A stretch of DNA of 64,000 bases. Origin: Octopus vulgaris. Its lineage: Eukaryota. The DNA lies in assembly GCA_951406725.2 (NCBI GenBank), contig OX597825.1, forward strand, positions 86,676,001 to 86,740,000, given 5' to 3'. Under the pieces are notes generated by a model, which did no database searches, was not told the origin of the DNA, and saw nothing but the letters and a program-made list of their open reading frames with translations. The position numbers and the translations under genes are program-made. Positions 1 through 13,855 of this stretch are shown here, piece by piece; positions within the stretch are counted from its first letter, which is position 1; each line of letters begins with the position of its first letter.

Positions 1-1693
1 TGCATACACTTGCCTGTTAGCTATATATATATACATACATATATGTATATATATGCATATATATATATATATATATACATATATGTATATAGCTGCCTCT
101 GTGTGATGATTTAACTTTAAAGTACAATTACTTCTACAATATCTGATCCGATGATGGATTTGACGTCTTGATCCAAAAGGTTGAAGAAAACAAACAAAAA
201 GTTTAGAAACCAAACTGAGACATCTTGGAGGAGAGCCTGATATTTTTTATTCTGGATTCAGTGAGGCAAAAATGGACAGTTTTTTTTTTTTCCCCCTTTT
301 TTTCTTTTGGTGGAACTGTCTGGAAAATACTCTTATTTATTTTATAATATTCTGTGTACAGTGTTTTGTTGTTCAACAAATGCCATCTCTTCTTTGATCC
401 ACATTATATCCTTCTTGCTTTGTCGTTTTTGAAATCTGTTATTTAGCAGCCATGTTGGTCATCTATTTAACACTCATGTTCCAGAGGTGGCCACCACCAT
501 CCCATCTCTCTTTTATTTATATATAATTATATATATATATTTTTTTTTAAACAATAAGTGACCAAACCTTTTTTGATTGGACCAAATAGTTTGATGTGTT
601 TCGAGAAGTCAGAAATACCTTCAATTATACCAAATCTATATTTGCCCTCCCCCCCCCTCTCCTCATTCTTTTTTTTTTTTTTTTCTTTCATATAATCGAT
701 CCAGCAGATGATATCTATGCATGTTCTGCTGGAGTCACAACAACAACAACAAACAATCTAAAAGAAGACATGAAAGGACAACAAGAATTGCTGCTAGATT
801 TACCGTTCTCTGTAGAACCACCACCACCACCACCACCATTACTACTATTACATTATCCTAGCAGTGGATGCATGTCTACCCCCCCTCCACAAAAAAAGAA
901 AAAAAAATCTAGCCTTTCATAATAATTTCTTATGATAAAAATGCTTTTTGTTTTCTTCCGAGAGAAGAGGAAAAAACCTCTGCAAGGAAAAAGACATTTC
1001 AAAAGAAGAGAATAAAACAGTTTAAACCATAAATGTTGAGTAAAATTACAAATGGGAAGGAAAAGGCTTAAAAATATGACAAAAACAACAACAAAAGACT
1101 TAAAAGACAAGCAGTTTTTTTCCATAAATAAAGAGAAAATTGATATTTATTCTTTGTTGTTCTTTTAGCTCTGTGCTCCTCCCTCCCTCCCTCCCTGTCT
1201 GTCTGTCTGTCCGTACGTATATACATACACACATACAATCTCGATCTCTCTTTTTCTCTCTCCATTCATTCATCCACATTGGCTCTTTTCTTCAGAAATC
1301 CAACCTTATCTCCAAGACAAACTGCTGTCTCTGGAACTGTCCAAGAACAGAGCAATCAATATACACAGTGCAGCTCCAAAAGGAAATAAGACCGAATTCT
1401 TCGAGTTCTCTCAACAGTTTGTACCTGTAATATATTGATTGCTTTCTTACCAAGGGAAATCATGCAAGAACTCCTTATAAGACTGAAACATGCCTTCAGT
1501 TATCTCCTGTTTTTGCTGACATCAGTTGAAATTAATATTAATCATTGAGTTCCACATAGGTATTATTAATCACATTTTTGTTTTCCTTACGTTAATTAAG
1601 AAGGCATTAACTTCTGATTAACGACTGGTTTAATTTGTTGGCACAATGCTATGTTCATATATAGATTCACATATGTATTCATACCTGTATGCA

Positions 1694-1913
1694 TGAGAGG
1701 GTGCTGAGAGGTTCTTGGCTTTAGGAGTATCAGGAAAGGGGCCTGGTCGGAGGCCCAACTTTCTGAGTTCTTTCACAGGGCCTAGAAAAACCGAAGGACC
1801 AGTGCAATAAGTGTGTGAATCTGAGAGTGGAGTATATTCAATGAAATCATAACGAACGGATCCTCCTGCATTTTCTTTTACCCAAAGCCAGGAACTTTTC
1901 AGCCCCCCCCTCG
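1694..1913 (+). mobile_element. Mariner-derived MITE
   Basis: Imperfect TIRs GAGAGGGTGCTGAGAGGTTCTTGGCTTT / AAAGCCAGGAACTTTTCAGCCCCCCCCTCG. The interior encodes a mariner-like C-terminus (GLEKPKDQCNKCVNLRVEYIQ*). Same family, opposite orientation, at 63858-64000. Confidence 0.8.
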
Positions 1914-2029
1914 TGTGTATGTATCAATCAATCAATCGCTCAATCAATCACTCAATCAATCAACATGTTTGCATATAAATACAAATCTGAACGAGTCTGC
2001 CGTTCTATATTCGTGGATTATATTTTCAT

Positions 2030-2300
2030 TTTTTGCTTTCAGTCATGCTGGTGCACCATTTTGAAGACTATCAGCCAAATGAATTGACCCCCCAGTATTT
2101 CTTTTTGAAGCCTGGTACCACTGAACTGCTAACTTACTGGGGGACATAAACACACCAACACTGGTGATGAGGGAGAAATGCAGACATACATGAGGGACTC
2201 CTTTCAGTTTGTCAACGAAAGGCTTTGGTGAGCCTGAGGCATTTAGTAGAAGACCCTTGCCCAAGGTGCCATGCAATGGGATTGACCCGTGGAAGCCTGT
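2030..2300 (-). mobile_element. Degenerate tRNA-derived SINE
   Basis: Diverged reverse-complement match to the SINE at 27856-28205 (CATGCTGGTGCACC, GGGACATAAACACACC, AGAAGACCCTTGCCCAAGGTGCCATGCAATGGGATTGA). Confidence 0.7.
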
Positions 2301-4776
2301 TGCTGGGAATCAAGCTTCTTGCCCCCACAGCCAAGCTGTTTGGTTTGGAGAGAGGGGGCGGGGGGGTTCTTTATTGTTCTGCAACAAAGAGAGAAAAGGT
2401 AAAGCTGACGTCTCTGCACGATTTGGATGCAAAGAGCTAAAAGACCCGGAACCAGTCTCTGGAGGCATTTATCTGACCACTGCCCACCACTGTGCCATGT
2501 CTCCATTCTGGTGCTTCCCATAATGCATTGTGCTCCTGAATCCATCTCTGCAACAACAGCAATCACTTGATCTATTAGAAACAGCAGCCAAATCTTCCTC
2601 AAATCAGTCCTGAGAATCATGGGGAAACGACAATGGATGAATGTTGAACCTCTGCCCTGGTATACAGCCCTTGGCAAAGGAGGTGGGGCTCTATATGATT
2701 CGTTAGACATAGCAGCCAATGCCCCCTCAAATCACTGCCTACAATCTTAAAACGATAAGGACATATTAAATATCCCCGATCTAGGACACATTGTATCTGA
2801 ACAACAACAGCTGAGGTGATAGTCGTGGCTGGAATGTCTTTATAGTTCTGCTTGGTCAGAACTGATCTGGGACTGCATTGGGGTGGGGAGTCTGCTGTTG
2901 CATTTTGGGATAGGACTGATCATTTATGTTTGGAGTTCAAATCTCACCAGAGAAGTGTTTCTCTCATTTGTCTGGGTTAATACCAGTTATATACTGAGAT
3001 GAGTCATTTATTTCTACTCATTCATTACAAACTTGTGATATCATAACAGAGACAGAAATCACTACTTACACGGCATATTCCACCACCACGACCACCACCA
3101 TCAAATATTTAACACTCCCCCCCCACTCGAATATTTTACAAGTTTCATCTTTAAAGAATAATTTATTTCATGTTTTTTAATTTAATTTAATTTAATTTAT
3201 ATATTTATTTATTTCTTTACAAAATTTCCAATTTGGAATATTTTTGTTTTGATATTTCATAACCAAAGAATTTTCCTTCCCTGATGCTATTTTTTTTGTT
3301 TTTTTTTATCCATTTTAAGTTCCATTAAACATGTCTCAGTAGTAGACATTGATTAAAAGACTTGCTGCACCAAATAAATATTTGATGTTCTGCAAATTCT
3401 TTTCACTCTTTTTGCTCATCTCATTATTTATTTATTTAATTTTATTGCATGTCTGATCGTTCGACTGATAGCAATCAACTTTTTACTGCTGTCCGTCGCT
3501 CACTGGTCTTTTACGCTGGCCTTTTGAGGGACACTTTTATTATCATTGATGTAAACATTCTCCTCCCCCCCAACCACCAACTCTCTCACAAACAACAAAA
3601 ACAAACGATTTTTCTATATTTGCTCTGTTTATATCTTATAGCGATGCGTCCATCATATTTGATATTCTAGCTACAGATCGCAAGAGATGATAAAAACCCC
3701 CTTTTCCCCATTAATTTGCTGATTACATTCAACTGAACTGGCAAATATGCTAAAGTGTTGTGGCATTTAGTGACCTAGCTTCGTAGCAACAAAGTTCAAA
3801 TCCTACCCAAGTCGGCTGCATCTTCTTTCTCTCTGTTTCATATTCTTGTAGGACTACACAACAGGGTCCATTAGAATGATTCCATTTATCCTTAAATTTG
3901 TCACCTTGTGCTACAAAACCAAGAGTTTTCGCTTCAAAATGTCAACTAAAACATTGTCACTAACTTTTTTTGAAATTGTCCCCAGGAGGTTCCGGCAGCC
4001 ACTAATTAAGCCCCACATCAGAGCAAATTGTCATTAGTCCTTCAGTGTTCAGAAAGTAACTTTGGATATTCTACAACAGAACATAAATGGTAAAACTGTA
4101 AAAGCAAAGAATTGCTGAAGGTCTGTGACTAGTTGTCACATCTGCTGATGATTCTGGCTGAGATTCTGCTGGACGGGTCGCCAGGGAGGACTTGGGAGTA
4201 TTCTGACGAAAGGTGACTGCAATGGCGCATGCCCCTTTTTACCTGACCTGTGACGGTGTCAGGTTGTGGGGCATAATTACGTCAGCTTTTATGAGAGAGG
4301 GGTGAGGAAGTTTTGGCAAGTCGAACGATTATGTAGACGCTTCACCTCAGCAAGATGGAGATTCCTGGCATGGAATTACCGGGCGTTTAACTGTTTATTG
4401 TAGAAAATTTTAAGTCTGGGTTCAGGGGACCCTATAAACGTTCAGCAAATTCGGGAGAAAAGAATTGGATTTGAGACGCAAGTTGAAGCGTTTCAATTGT
4501 TGGATTACCACCAAGTGGAAGTTGTTACTCTTCGAACATCGACCGACTGACAACTAAACAGATAAAATGGTCAGATGCTGTTAGAAGTGGCTATTATGTC
4601 CCGTGGTCCTTAACCTGGGCAGCAGCGCTTTGTTAGAGGCCGCGGGGGGGGGGGCTCTTAAGAATAAACTACTTTAATTAATTCTAGAGAGAGAGGGAGA
4701 GGAAGGGACATGCAGTCGATAGGAGAGCTTTGCGTATTTGTATTGGATTGATTTGTATGCAATTGCGGCAGTTTAC

Positions 4777-4832
4777 CTTCAACTTCTCAAAGCATCATTT
4801 TATGGAGGTGAGGTCCTTTCTTGTAAACAGCA
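4777..4832 (-). other. Putative 56-nt non-coding/UTR exon
   Basis: Minus-strand TTTTTGTTTCAG acceptor and AAG|GTAAAC donor; stops in all three frames. No transcript evidence. Confidence 0.3.
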
Positions 4833-5028
4833 CTGAAACAAAAACCTTCAATAATAACTCCTGCAACATTTGTACACATTCAGAGCCTTAGAAATGATTT
4901 TCTCCACCTCAGCCTTCGAATACGTCTTGGAGTCTAATTAGCAATTATAAAATTGATTGATCTACGACGGTAAGTCAACGCTTGTTTCTGTAATTTATTA
5001 AAGCAAAAGCAGGAGTTGAACAGTTTCA

Positions 5029-6070
5029 TCATTTTTCGACAGAGACTCCTTGCTTTTCGGTGCACTTCTTTCAGGGGTTCCCAAGATTGCTTATTCCATC
5101 GGAAAAGGAGGTTTTCAGTTTGTCACGCAGCCATTTCTGCACCGTTTCCTGCGTGTCTTTGTCCGTAATAAATCGATGACCTCAAAGAGGAGGTTAGAAT
5201 GGTTCGAAGAGTTGAAGGGCGAAAGGACGAGATCCGGACTGTATGCAGGCTGTTCCAGCAACTCGAAACCCAAATTTCAGATAGCTTCAATAGGTGTGGG
5301 CACCCGTGTCGTGCAACAACAACATTTGCTTCGACAATAGACCCCGGCGTTCGGTGCGAATTACTGATTTTATTTTGTTGGCCAGAATTTCACCGCAGCC
5401 TACACCGGTGACTGCAGACCCCTTTTCTAGGTGATGTCCCAGTGCCGGCCATTTTGCGTCCCTCAAAACAGTATCACTTTTTCTGTTGAAGGTTGAGTGT
5501 TCAGTTTCATATATGCTGGCGATTCTGGCTGTTTCCAGTCCATACTATTTTTTCTTCTTTTGATTCTGATTCAAAGTGATGGACCCAGATCTCATCTCCA
5601 GTGGCTTCTTTCCAAAAATCGCTTCGCCTTCATCGTTGTAGCGGTCGAGTAAGCGTTGACGGACCCCTTATGCGCTTCCATAAGCTCTCTTGCTACTCAT
5701 CTCGCACAGACTTTATGCAGGCGAAGCTTGTCGCGAATGATTTCGTGTGTAGAACCATGGCTAATTTGCAGAGAATCTGCCACCTAATCGACTGTTACTC
5801 GTTGGTTCACCTGAGCCATCTCTTGTGCCGGTTGAATCTTCACGTCAAAGGTGGAAATTGATAGGGGGCCCTGCTCCCTCTTCATGCTTCACTCTGGTCC
5901 AGATATTCAAAACATTTTCAGTTCACTCACACACACACACACACTTCTACGCGGTAGAGCGCTATCACCCTATTGTACTGAAAGCCAGCGATGCATTTCA
6001 GCCCCTGACTCACCTCCCCGACCAGAGAAATCAGTCACTGATCTGTTCTTGCTTGGTGCACACCGTCACG
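5029..6070 (-). pseudogene. Decayed mariner (Tc1/mariner) transposase
   Basis: Minus-strand motifs HKVCAR*VAREL (WVPxxL), DEIWVHHFESESK (GDETW), AYSPDL and QETVQKWL...FSDGISNL...KKCTEKQGVSVEK*; stops and frameshifts. Confidence 0.9.
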
Positions 6071-9000
6071 CAGCGACTCTGTAAGACAAGAAAGGAAACT
6101 GGAGCGATGCAGGTCAAACCTCGGTTACATAACCACATGAATTTCACTTTTTAGCACGTAAACGCTGAGGGCAATGCGGCCAACTTACAAAAAAAGTTTT
6201 GGCGAAAGTGCGAATGATTTTTGACTTGTCTGCGTCTTGTACGCATATTCCTACCTTAATTGTTCCATCAGGTGTGATTTTTGTCTCTCCGAAAAATTGC
6301 ATTGTATTACATGCTTTTGTAAGTTTGATAAAAAAAAAGATCAGAATTTATGAATACTTGCAGACACTTCCACCAATATTATTAAGGAATGTTTAAATCC
6401 CGACTGACTAAAATGGTTTATTTCATAGAATGGACCCTCCGTACCCTGAAAATTGGTGACGCATTGGAGCAAGAAACACTGAATTATTCAGCAACACTTA
6501 AGCAGCATTAAGAATAGACACCTTCGAGACTCTTGTGTGTTTTACTGAACGCATGAAAATATGTTTTTGCAAATGTCTCAGGTATTTCGCGTGTAACAAT
6601 TGAATAGATGAATGCGGGGCATATTTTTTAACGTTTTTCAGCAACCAATGAAACCCCAGTGACTAATTTTTGTTTTGATTTATTTATAAATGTTTTTGCT
6701 TTTGGATTGTCGTACTGTTTCCCATTGTCGCTTGTTTGAATACTCGGCAAAGTGAAACTCTGAGTAGTTGGTTAAGAAAATTCAGTCTCTGTTATGTAGA
6801 AAAACTCTATGTAAGTGCAATAACGACACCGCAGCAGATACAGAAGCAACATGGTGTCTTGTTTCAGCTTTTATAGATTCTGACTTTAATCAACGTTTCT
6901 AACATCTAAGATGGCGACTAATCAATTTAACTCGGAACATTGTTGGAACGTTAAAATTAGTTTTATTTCTTTTTGTATTTACTAAGAGTAAAATTGTATT
7001 TACATTTAGTACCATTCTAAATTACTATTATGAAAATAATCTCATGTGTGCAGGAACTAAATTTCTTTAATTATTCCAACCAAAGATATTCCTGACAACT
7101 CAACTGCTTTAATCTCCTTTGTGACACAATCAAAACAAATCATTCGAGTTTTCTTTTGGTGAAAGAATTCTTTCAGAAGTGTTGTAGCAGCTAATCAAAT
7201 TTAATTATAATTAACACATTTTAACAAACTGCCAACATCGCTTTTGTTTTTCTATTTTGGCTGGTTTCAAATTGCAAGGATTAACTGTTCTAACAACCAG
7301 AATCGTCAAGTCGAACCCATCATTGGAAAATACCTCAATGTCAGCGTCGTATTACGATCCCTGTTTTCTCATTTCTACACAAGTTCATTTCATTTGTCCC
7401 AATACATCTTTCATTCTTATAAACTTAACAGGTTTTTCTTTCAGCTCTGTCCTCTGCCGCACCTGATTCTACCTTTATTCTTTCAGTGTTCCGTTTTGAA
7501 CGATCTTATAAAGACTGCGAAATGACAACCGCCGGCAGAGCACTTTGTAGTGTTTAGTTGCGCCTCTTTACGTCCCGTGACTACAAAAGTTGTATTTACA
7601 TTTCATCCTTCCGGGATCGATAAAATATGTACAAATAAAGGACTGGGGTTGATTTGAACCCTTATACCATCTAACTCTCCAAATACACAGCCATGTGACT
7701 ATGTTAAAACTCAATATTACAGAAGGTCTTTATATTTGTACTTAGAAAATACTTTTTATGTACAACGTAGCGCAAATCTAAACTGGAATATTATAGAGCC
7801 TTACTGTGGCTGAAACAAGATTGTAAACTATACTGTTGTTGAGCAGACACATCAGATTCCTCTTTTTCCTGCACATGAACAATATAGGAAGACCGTGTTT
7901 ACATTCTTATTTCGCGCACAGGGAAGCTTTATAATGTTTCAATTGATTGAAATGACCGAGTAATTCTGTTGCCACAACAATTTAAAGGGAGATAACTGGA
8001 GGTTACTTTTTAGCTTACTTTGTGTTGGTGCTACTTCGGCGTGTGATCTACGTGAGCAAATTTATTTTGGTGGGTGATCGACGTGCTTTATTTAACCATT
8101 GTTTATTTTTGGTCTCTTATTATTTACTGAGACATAAATGAAACATGGTTATTCTTATTAAAATAATAATTTTGAAAAAATACATTTACAATGCTAAGTA
8201 TGTCATCCAGAAATCTCTCGTGTTGATCACACGCCAAAGTGACAGCATAATTTTTTCTGTGTAATGGCAACAATTTATCAACTTCCCAAAGCATTATTTC
8301 ATGGAGCTAAGGTCTTTCTTGAAAACAGTACTGAAGTGAAATTCACGGACAAGAGGCACAAAATATTCATCGGGAATGTTTACCAGTCGACTGCGAGTTT
8401 GTAGAGTCGTTGAGTACGAAAACTTAAAAATATGATACAAATACTTGGGGAGTTCTATGCATTTAAATCGCTTGCAGATTTTATTTTGTAACTCATCTCC
8501 ATTGACTCGGTTTTCAAACTCTATTTCACCGTATTTTACTGTATTTGGCGAGCGTTGTATAAAAGTTAACAAGCGTAGCGGCCGCTGCTGGAATTAACGA
8601 AGGAAATAAATGAAGTTTACGACTTGGATGAAGTTTGTTTCAAATGATAATTCTCAACGCTCCAATAAAGTTGCGAAAATTATGTATTAAAAGTTGGCTT
8701 TGCTGGGTGAAAGCGACAAACAGTGTTGACCGAATCTTCTCTGTTAGGAACAAGCAAGAAAATGGAAAAGCACGGACCTCATAAGAACATAGAGACACTC
8801 TCCAAATCTAAACTATTCTTTTTGTTATAGCTCTGTCTTACCCAATTATTTATTTAGCAACTTGAGACACAACGATTTTTTTTTTAGTGCTTTCTTCTCG
8901 ATTGGAGCAAAATAGTGAACAAAGCTGCAAGCTGAGATGATTGATGCGAAAAACCAGTGAATAAAACGATATCAGTTTTATGAATAATCAGTCTCTCATC

Positions 9001-9167
9001 AATGCTTAATACAAAGTTATTATTTTCATATCTTCTGCACAACAATCGGACTGTTTGGAAATAATGGCTGCGTTTTCAGAGTTCATTACCAGATAACGAA
9101 GAATGGTGGGAAGAAAAGCTAAACGATTGAACTTGTATTGTAGCATAATTTCATTTCCATTTTAAAT

Positions 9168-9204
<37 letters not shown>

Positions 9205-9309
9205 AAGCTTGCTTCTCAACCACATGGATCTGGGTTCAGTTCCACTGCATGATTACGGAAACTGAAAGAATCCTGTCATATATATATATATATATATATT
9301 TTTTTTTTG

Positions 9310-11735
9310 TCCTTGACTTTGAGGCTTAGATACAACGTCTTTACCTTCAGCCACCCCTCACCAACTAGCCTCTAGCTTCTCTCGGGCTGCCCGCCGACGC
9401 CGTGCATGCAGGCCCCTTCCGATTGTGTAGAAAGGATTCGAGTACAGGCCAATTGCAAACTAACCAAGGGCGACGTTTCTGCGCATGCTGGCTTCAAGCA
9501 ACACAGTATTCGAACCTACAGCTCATGTTCTGGCTTAAGCATCCAGACTTTCCGGCAGATTTCGGAATCCCTGACAGAGATTCGTCCTTCACCGTGTCCA
9601 GTGATGGCGTGGCTGCTGCCTTGATATCATTCCCTGCGACCAGCGATGGTGGAGTTGATGGCCCGCGACTCGGACAGCTCAGAAATTAATCTCGCCACAC
9701 ACCACCGACGCGGAAGCATGCTGGTTTCGATCCATCACTGCTCTGATAGGCTTCTTCACGCACACCTCTCCCGCCATACCCAAGATCTTCTCTTCTAGGT
9801 CAACCTAATTGCATTGACGGACGGAGGCACCCGTCCGAGAGCGGTGGGCGACGTCTTATAACGACTTACGGACAGATTAGATTGTAAATGAGTCAAAGGA
9901 TGACCTGAGCGAGGCACTCAGCCCCGTCAAGAGGAGTCAAGGGTGCCAGACGTTTCATACAGCAAACACCTCCCTCATCACTTTCCAACAGGAACTGGAT
10001 TTAAAAAAAGGCCTTCAACAGAGCGTGGCCGCATCTTGAAGACGTGTCTAAGACGCGTTCCCTTCCTTCCACCCACTTTCATACCTCTCCTGTGGTACAC
10101 GCCGATCACTCATGGCTGCTGACAACAGGATCGCTTCTTCTAGAGGTGTCCAGCAAAGTAACTTTCTTGGTCCGTTCCTTTTCGCGTTGGCTTCGATGAT
10201 GTTGTCTGCTTCCTTGATGATGCGACCCTGGGTAGCTCGGCTGAGTCTGGTGTTGGGGACCGTCAGCAGATTATTCCATCCTCAAAGCTTCTCGGGCTTG
10301 AGATCAACCCGTCCAAATCAGAGGTGATAAACATGAGCTATGGTGACGCTGAATTCTAGGACTTAGTACTCAGTCTCTTGTCCATCTTGGTTGGGGCGTG
10401 TTTAACGCCTAGAGACGCCATCTGCATTCTTGGTTCCGCAACCCTTCCGAAAGCGACAACGGAGTGCCTGAGGACCAAGCTTGCGGCCTTATTCGGGATA
10501 GACGGGCACTCAGTGCTCTTCTTCTTCAGGAATTGCTCAGCCCTTCCTAAACCCCTTTTCTCGCTGCGCAGTGCGCCATGTCTCCCTCTCAGAGACCACC
10601 GCAGTGATATCGGTAACCCCGTTCAATGCTGAACTGATCTGTAATGTCAGTTTCAAGAGCGTCGGCTGGCAACAGGCTGAACTGCTTTTTAGATTCGGTG
10701 GCCTTGGTCTCCGTTCCGCATTAGACCTGACTCTAACGGCCTATCTTCGGTCTCTTCCAACCGTGTCCTCATCGGTGAGATACTTCATAGAATGGCCGAT
10801 CCAGCTGTGGCCCAGAAACTGGAGTCAGCTCTAATCGATTGGACCGGTCCCCCAGAATACAAATGTCCAACGTAACTGGGATGACATCAGACGCCAGCCT
10901 TCGGGCGCCTCGCCTGCCTCCATTCCACTTCGCAATCAAACAGCCGAACCCGGCTCAATTCCCTCCCCATTTACCGGTATTCTTCTAGATGATAAGTGCA
11001 CGAGTATCGGAGTGGCCCGACGTCTCGGTCTCCGCGTGTGTGAGTCGCATAAATGCTCTTACGGAGTGGTAGCCGATGAATTCGGCCTGCATCCCTTATT
11101 CTGCAGCCATAGCATAAGCCGGTTCCCCCGACACACCGCACTGAATGACATAATTAGAAGTGGCCTCAACGCGGCTGGGTTCCCGTCTCAGCGGGAGTCA
11201 GTAGGTCGGGGACGGTAAGCGTCACGGCAGAAGAGTCCTTCTCTTCCCATACGACGAGGGCAGGTCCCTAGTCTCGGACGCAACGTGCAGCGACACGTTC
11301 TCTGGCCCCGACCTTGTTGCATCGGCCTCAAGTCTGGGTATTGCCACCCAAAACACAAAGGAGAGAAAAATATAAAAATACAGGAGCCTGACTGACCGCT
11401 ATCAGTGTGTGTCAGTCCTCGTCGGGTTCTCAGGTGCTCTTGTTCACCGCGCAACCGATTTCCTCGGCAAAACCGGGATCACAGCGGCCCGTTTGAGAAA
11501 CGAGCCCCTCGGAGTGGAGCGGCAGCGGTAGCGAGTGTCACTGACCATTCTCTGACGTAGCACCATCACGGTCATTACTGCGGGCTGCCAGCGAACACAC
11601 TTTGTTCTAGAGGGTGCGACCCCATTGTCCCCCCCCTCTTCTGCTGTTTAATCCCCTCCACCCAACTTCTTTTGTTTCTTTGTTTCTTTGTACTTTATTG
11701 TTACTAATAAAATGAATTTGTTTTCGTATAAAAAC
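9310..11735 (+). mobile_element. Decayed non-LTR retrotransposon, RT plus C-terminal restriction-like endonuclease (CRE-like)
   Basis: DGGTRPRAVG, GVQQSNFLGPFLFALA, LDDATL, GLEINPSKSEV, RFGGLGLRSA, and ARRLGL..C..C...GLHPLFC...RHTALNDII zinc knuckle/RLE; AATAAA and an A-rich tail at ~11706-11735. Confidence 0.85.
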
Positions 11736-11759
11736 TGACCAAAAATCTATTTAAAAAAG

Positions 11760-11826
<67 letters not shown>

Positions 11827-12524
11827 AATACATATACATATACACTCATGCATACATTCATATATACATACACACATATATTAATATGGCAGCAGCCAAA
11901 TGGTGACCGAGTAAGACCACTTCCTACACTCTGCAAGTTCCAAGAATCCAAGGATTCCCTGTGCATGAATTTGTTTTGAGTGAATAAAGTGCCGCACAGC
12001 ACTGAACCCAGTTTTCAGGATAAAACCAGTGGCACAACAGGGGTTGAGATGACCAGGGACCAACTACCGTTCAAGTTCTTTTGTTCTTTTTTTTTTATTA
12101 GAGTTTACCTAACAGGAACGAAGTTCTAATGAGAATTAGGGGTCCCTCCACGCCAAGTTGTCAATTTATTAGTTTTTGCCATGACTGGGACCCTGACAGG
12201 TTTCACTACTTTTGACCAGAGAAGACCCAGGAATAATAATAGCTCAGACGTGGGTCCACTTTCCCCAAGACCCTGGAACTCCTGGATCGGGGCCACCACT
12301 ATGCCGTTTAATGTATGTATGTATGTATGTATGTATGTATGTATGTATGTATGTATGTATGTATGTATGTATGTATGTATGTGTGTGTATACTCGCACAC
12401 ATACACACACATATATACACGCATATATATATATAAATAAAAATAAGTATATACGTATATAGATAGCTATATACATTCGCTCGCATATGGACAGACATAT
12501 ACATAGAAAGATGAGCTCGCGCGC

Positions 12525-12563
<39 letters not shown>

Positions 12564-13461
12564 TGTATTCTGTTAGTTTCAATCGATTTGATAATCGTCC
12601 CGAAATCGCTTTGTGACTTTCTCCTTGTTTAAAAACCACTCAAATCCCTGCATTAAAAACCGTTCCATGTCAGCGTTGGACGCATTTGAGTTTTCCCGGA
12701 ACGAAATACACTCGAACCAAAATCTCTAAGGATACCTGTACAAATTCGCGGCACACTCGTGAAATATATATAATACACATATGTACTGCGGCACACTAGC
12801 TAAAAACGGGCTGAGGCACATGTACCTCTATGTTCTCCAAATCAGAACCGAATGTGCACAGTTCTTCTAAAATGTTTTCTTAAATCTTATGCGGAGAGGA
12901 GATAAAGTGGGAAGAAGTGAATGGAAGTTGCGGCCTTAATGCATTTCTGTTGATGAGAACACATTAATACGAGACCGAAGGAATGACTGGTAGAGCCGGG
13001 GATTCTTGATTCGTGAAAAACCAGAGAAAAATGGAAAGACTGATGTAAGGGAGATAACCAGGGTTTTCTTGGCCATTTCGCTCATCTGACCCGCCAGTCT
13101 CTATCGAGTTACACGAACTGCTAGAAATAGCAACTAAATTTCCTCCAATATGCAACTCCATCTTCACGAAAGGACGGTGTAGTCATGATTGGAACGCTTT
13201 TTGATGATATTTAAAACAATCAGTAAAAGAAATTTTAGAAATAAAGCCGTTTTCGAATGTGTCTGTGTGTGTATATTTGCGTGTGTACATGTGTTTGTAT
13301 GTATATATGTAGATCTGTATGCATGTGTCTATGTGTGTGTGTGTGTGTGTGTGTGTATGCTTGTATGTGTCTGTTCGTGTGGATATGCGTGTGCGTATGT
13401 CTCTACATGTGCGTGTGAGTGTGGATGTGGGCGCCAGTGAGCATGCGCGCATGTTGTCACT

Positions 13462-13780
13462 CAGCGACGGTTGCGTGGTAAGACGTTTCCAACCACATGG
13501 TTCCGGGTTCAGTCCCACTGCGTGGAACCTTGAGCAAGTGAATTCTTCTACAGCCCTTGGCTGACCAAAGAAGCCCGTCCAGGTCAGTGGTTGTTCCGCC
13601 CTCACCGCTTGGTAACCGGTGTTGGTGTGTTACGTCCTCGCGACTTAGCGGCTCAGCAAATGAGACCGCTGGAATAAGTAGAAGCCTTAAGGATCACTTC
13701 ATTCGACTAAAACTCTCGGACGCACTGCCCCAGCATGGCCGCATTCTTCTAATGACTGAAGCAAGTGAATGATAAAAGAG
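13462..13780 (+). mobile_element. tRNA-derived SINE (diverged)
   Basis: B-box GGTTCAGTCCC, CCTTGAGCAAGTG core and CAGCATGGCCGCA...ATGACTGAA tail, as in 27856-28205. Confidence 0.8.
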
Positions 13781-13791
13781 AGAAGATATTT

Positions 13792-13855
<64 letters not shown>

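Noticed and set aside
2243-2719. 158-aa ORF
   Set aside because: Built from degenerate SINE and repeat fragments; no domain.
6907-6920. YY1-like AAGATGGCG as a promoter
   Set aside because: Single short motif with no supporting evidence.
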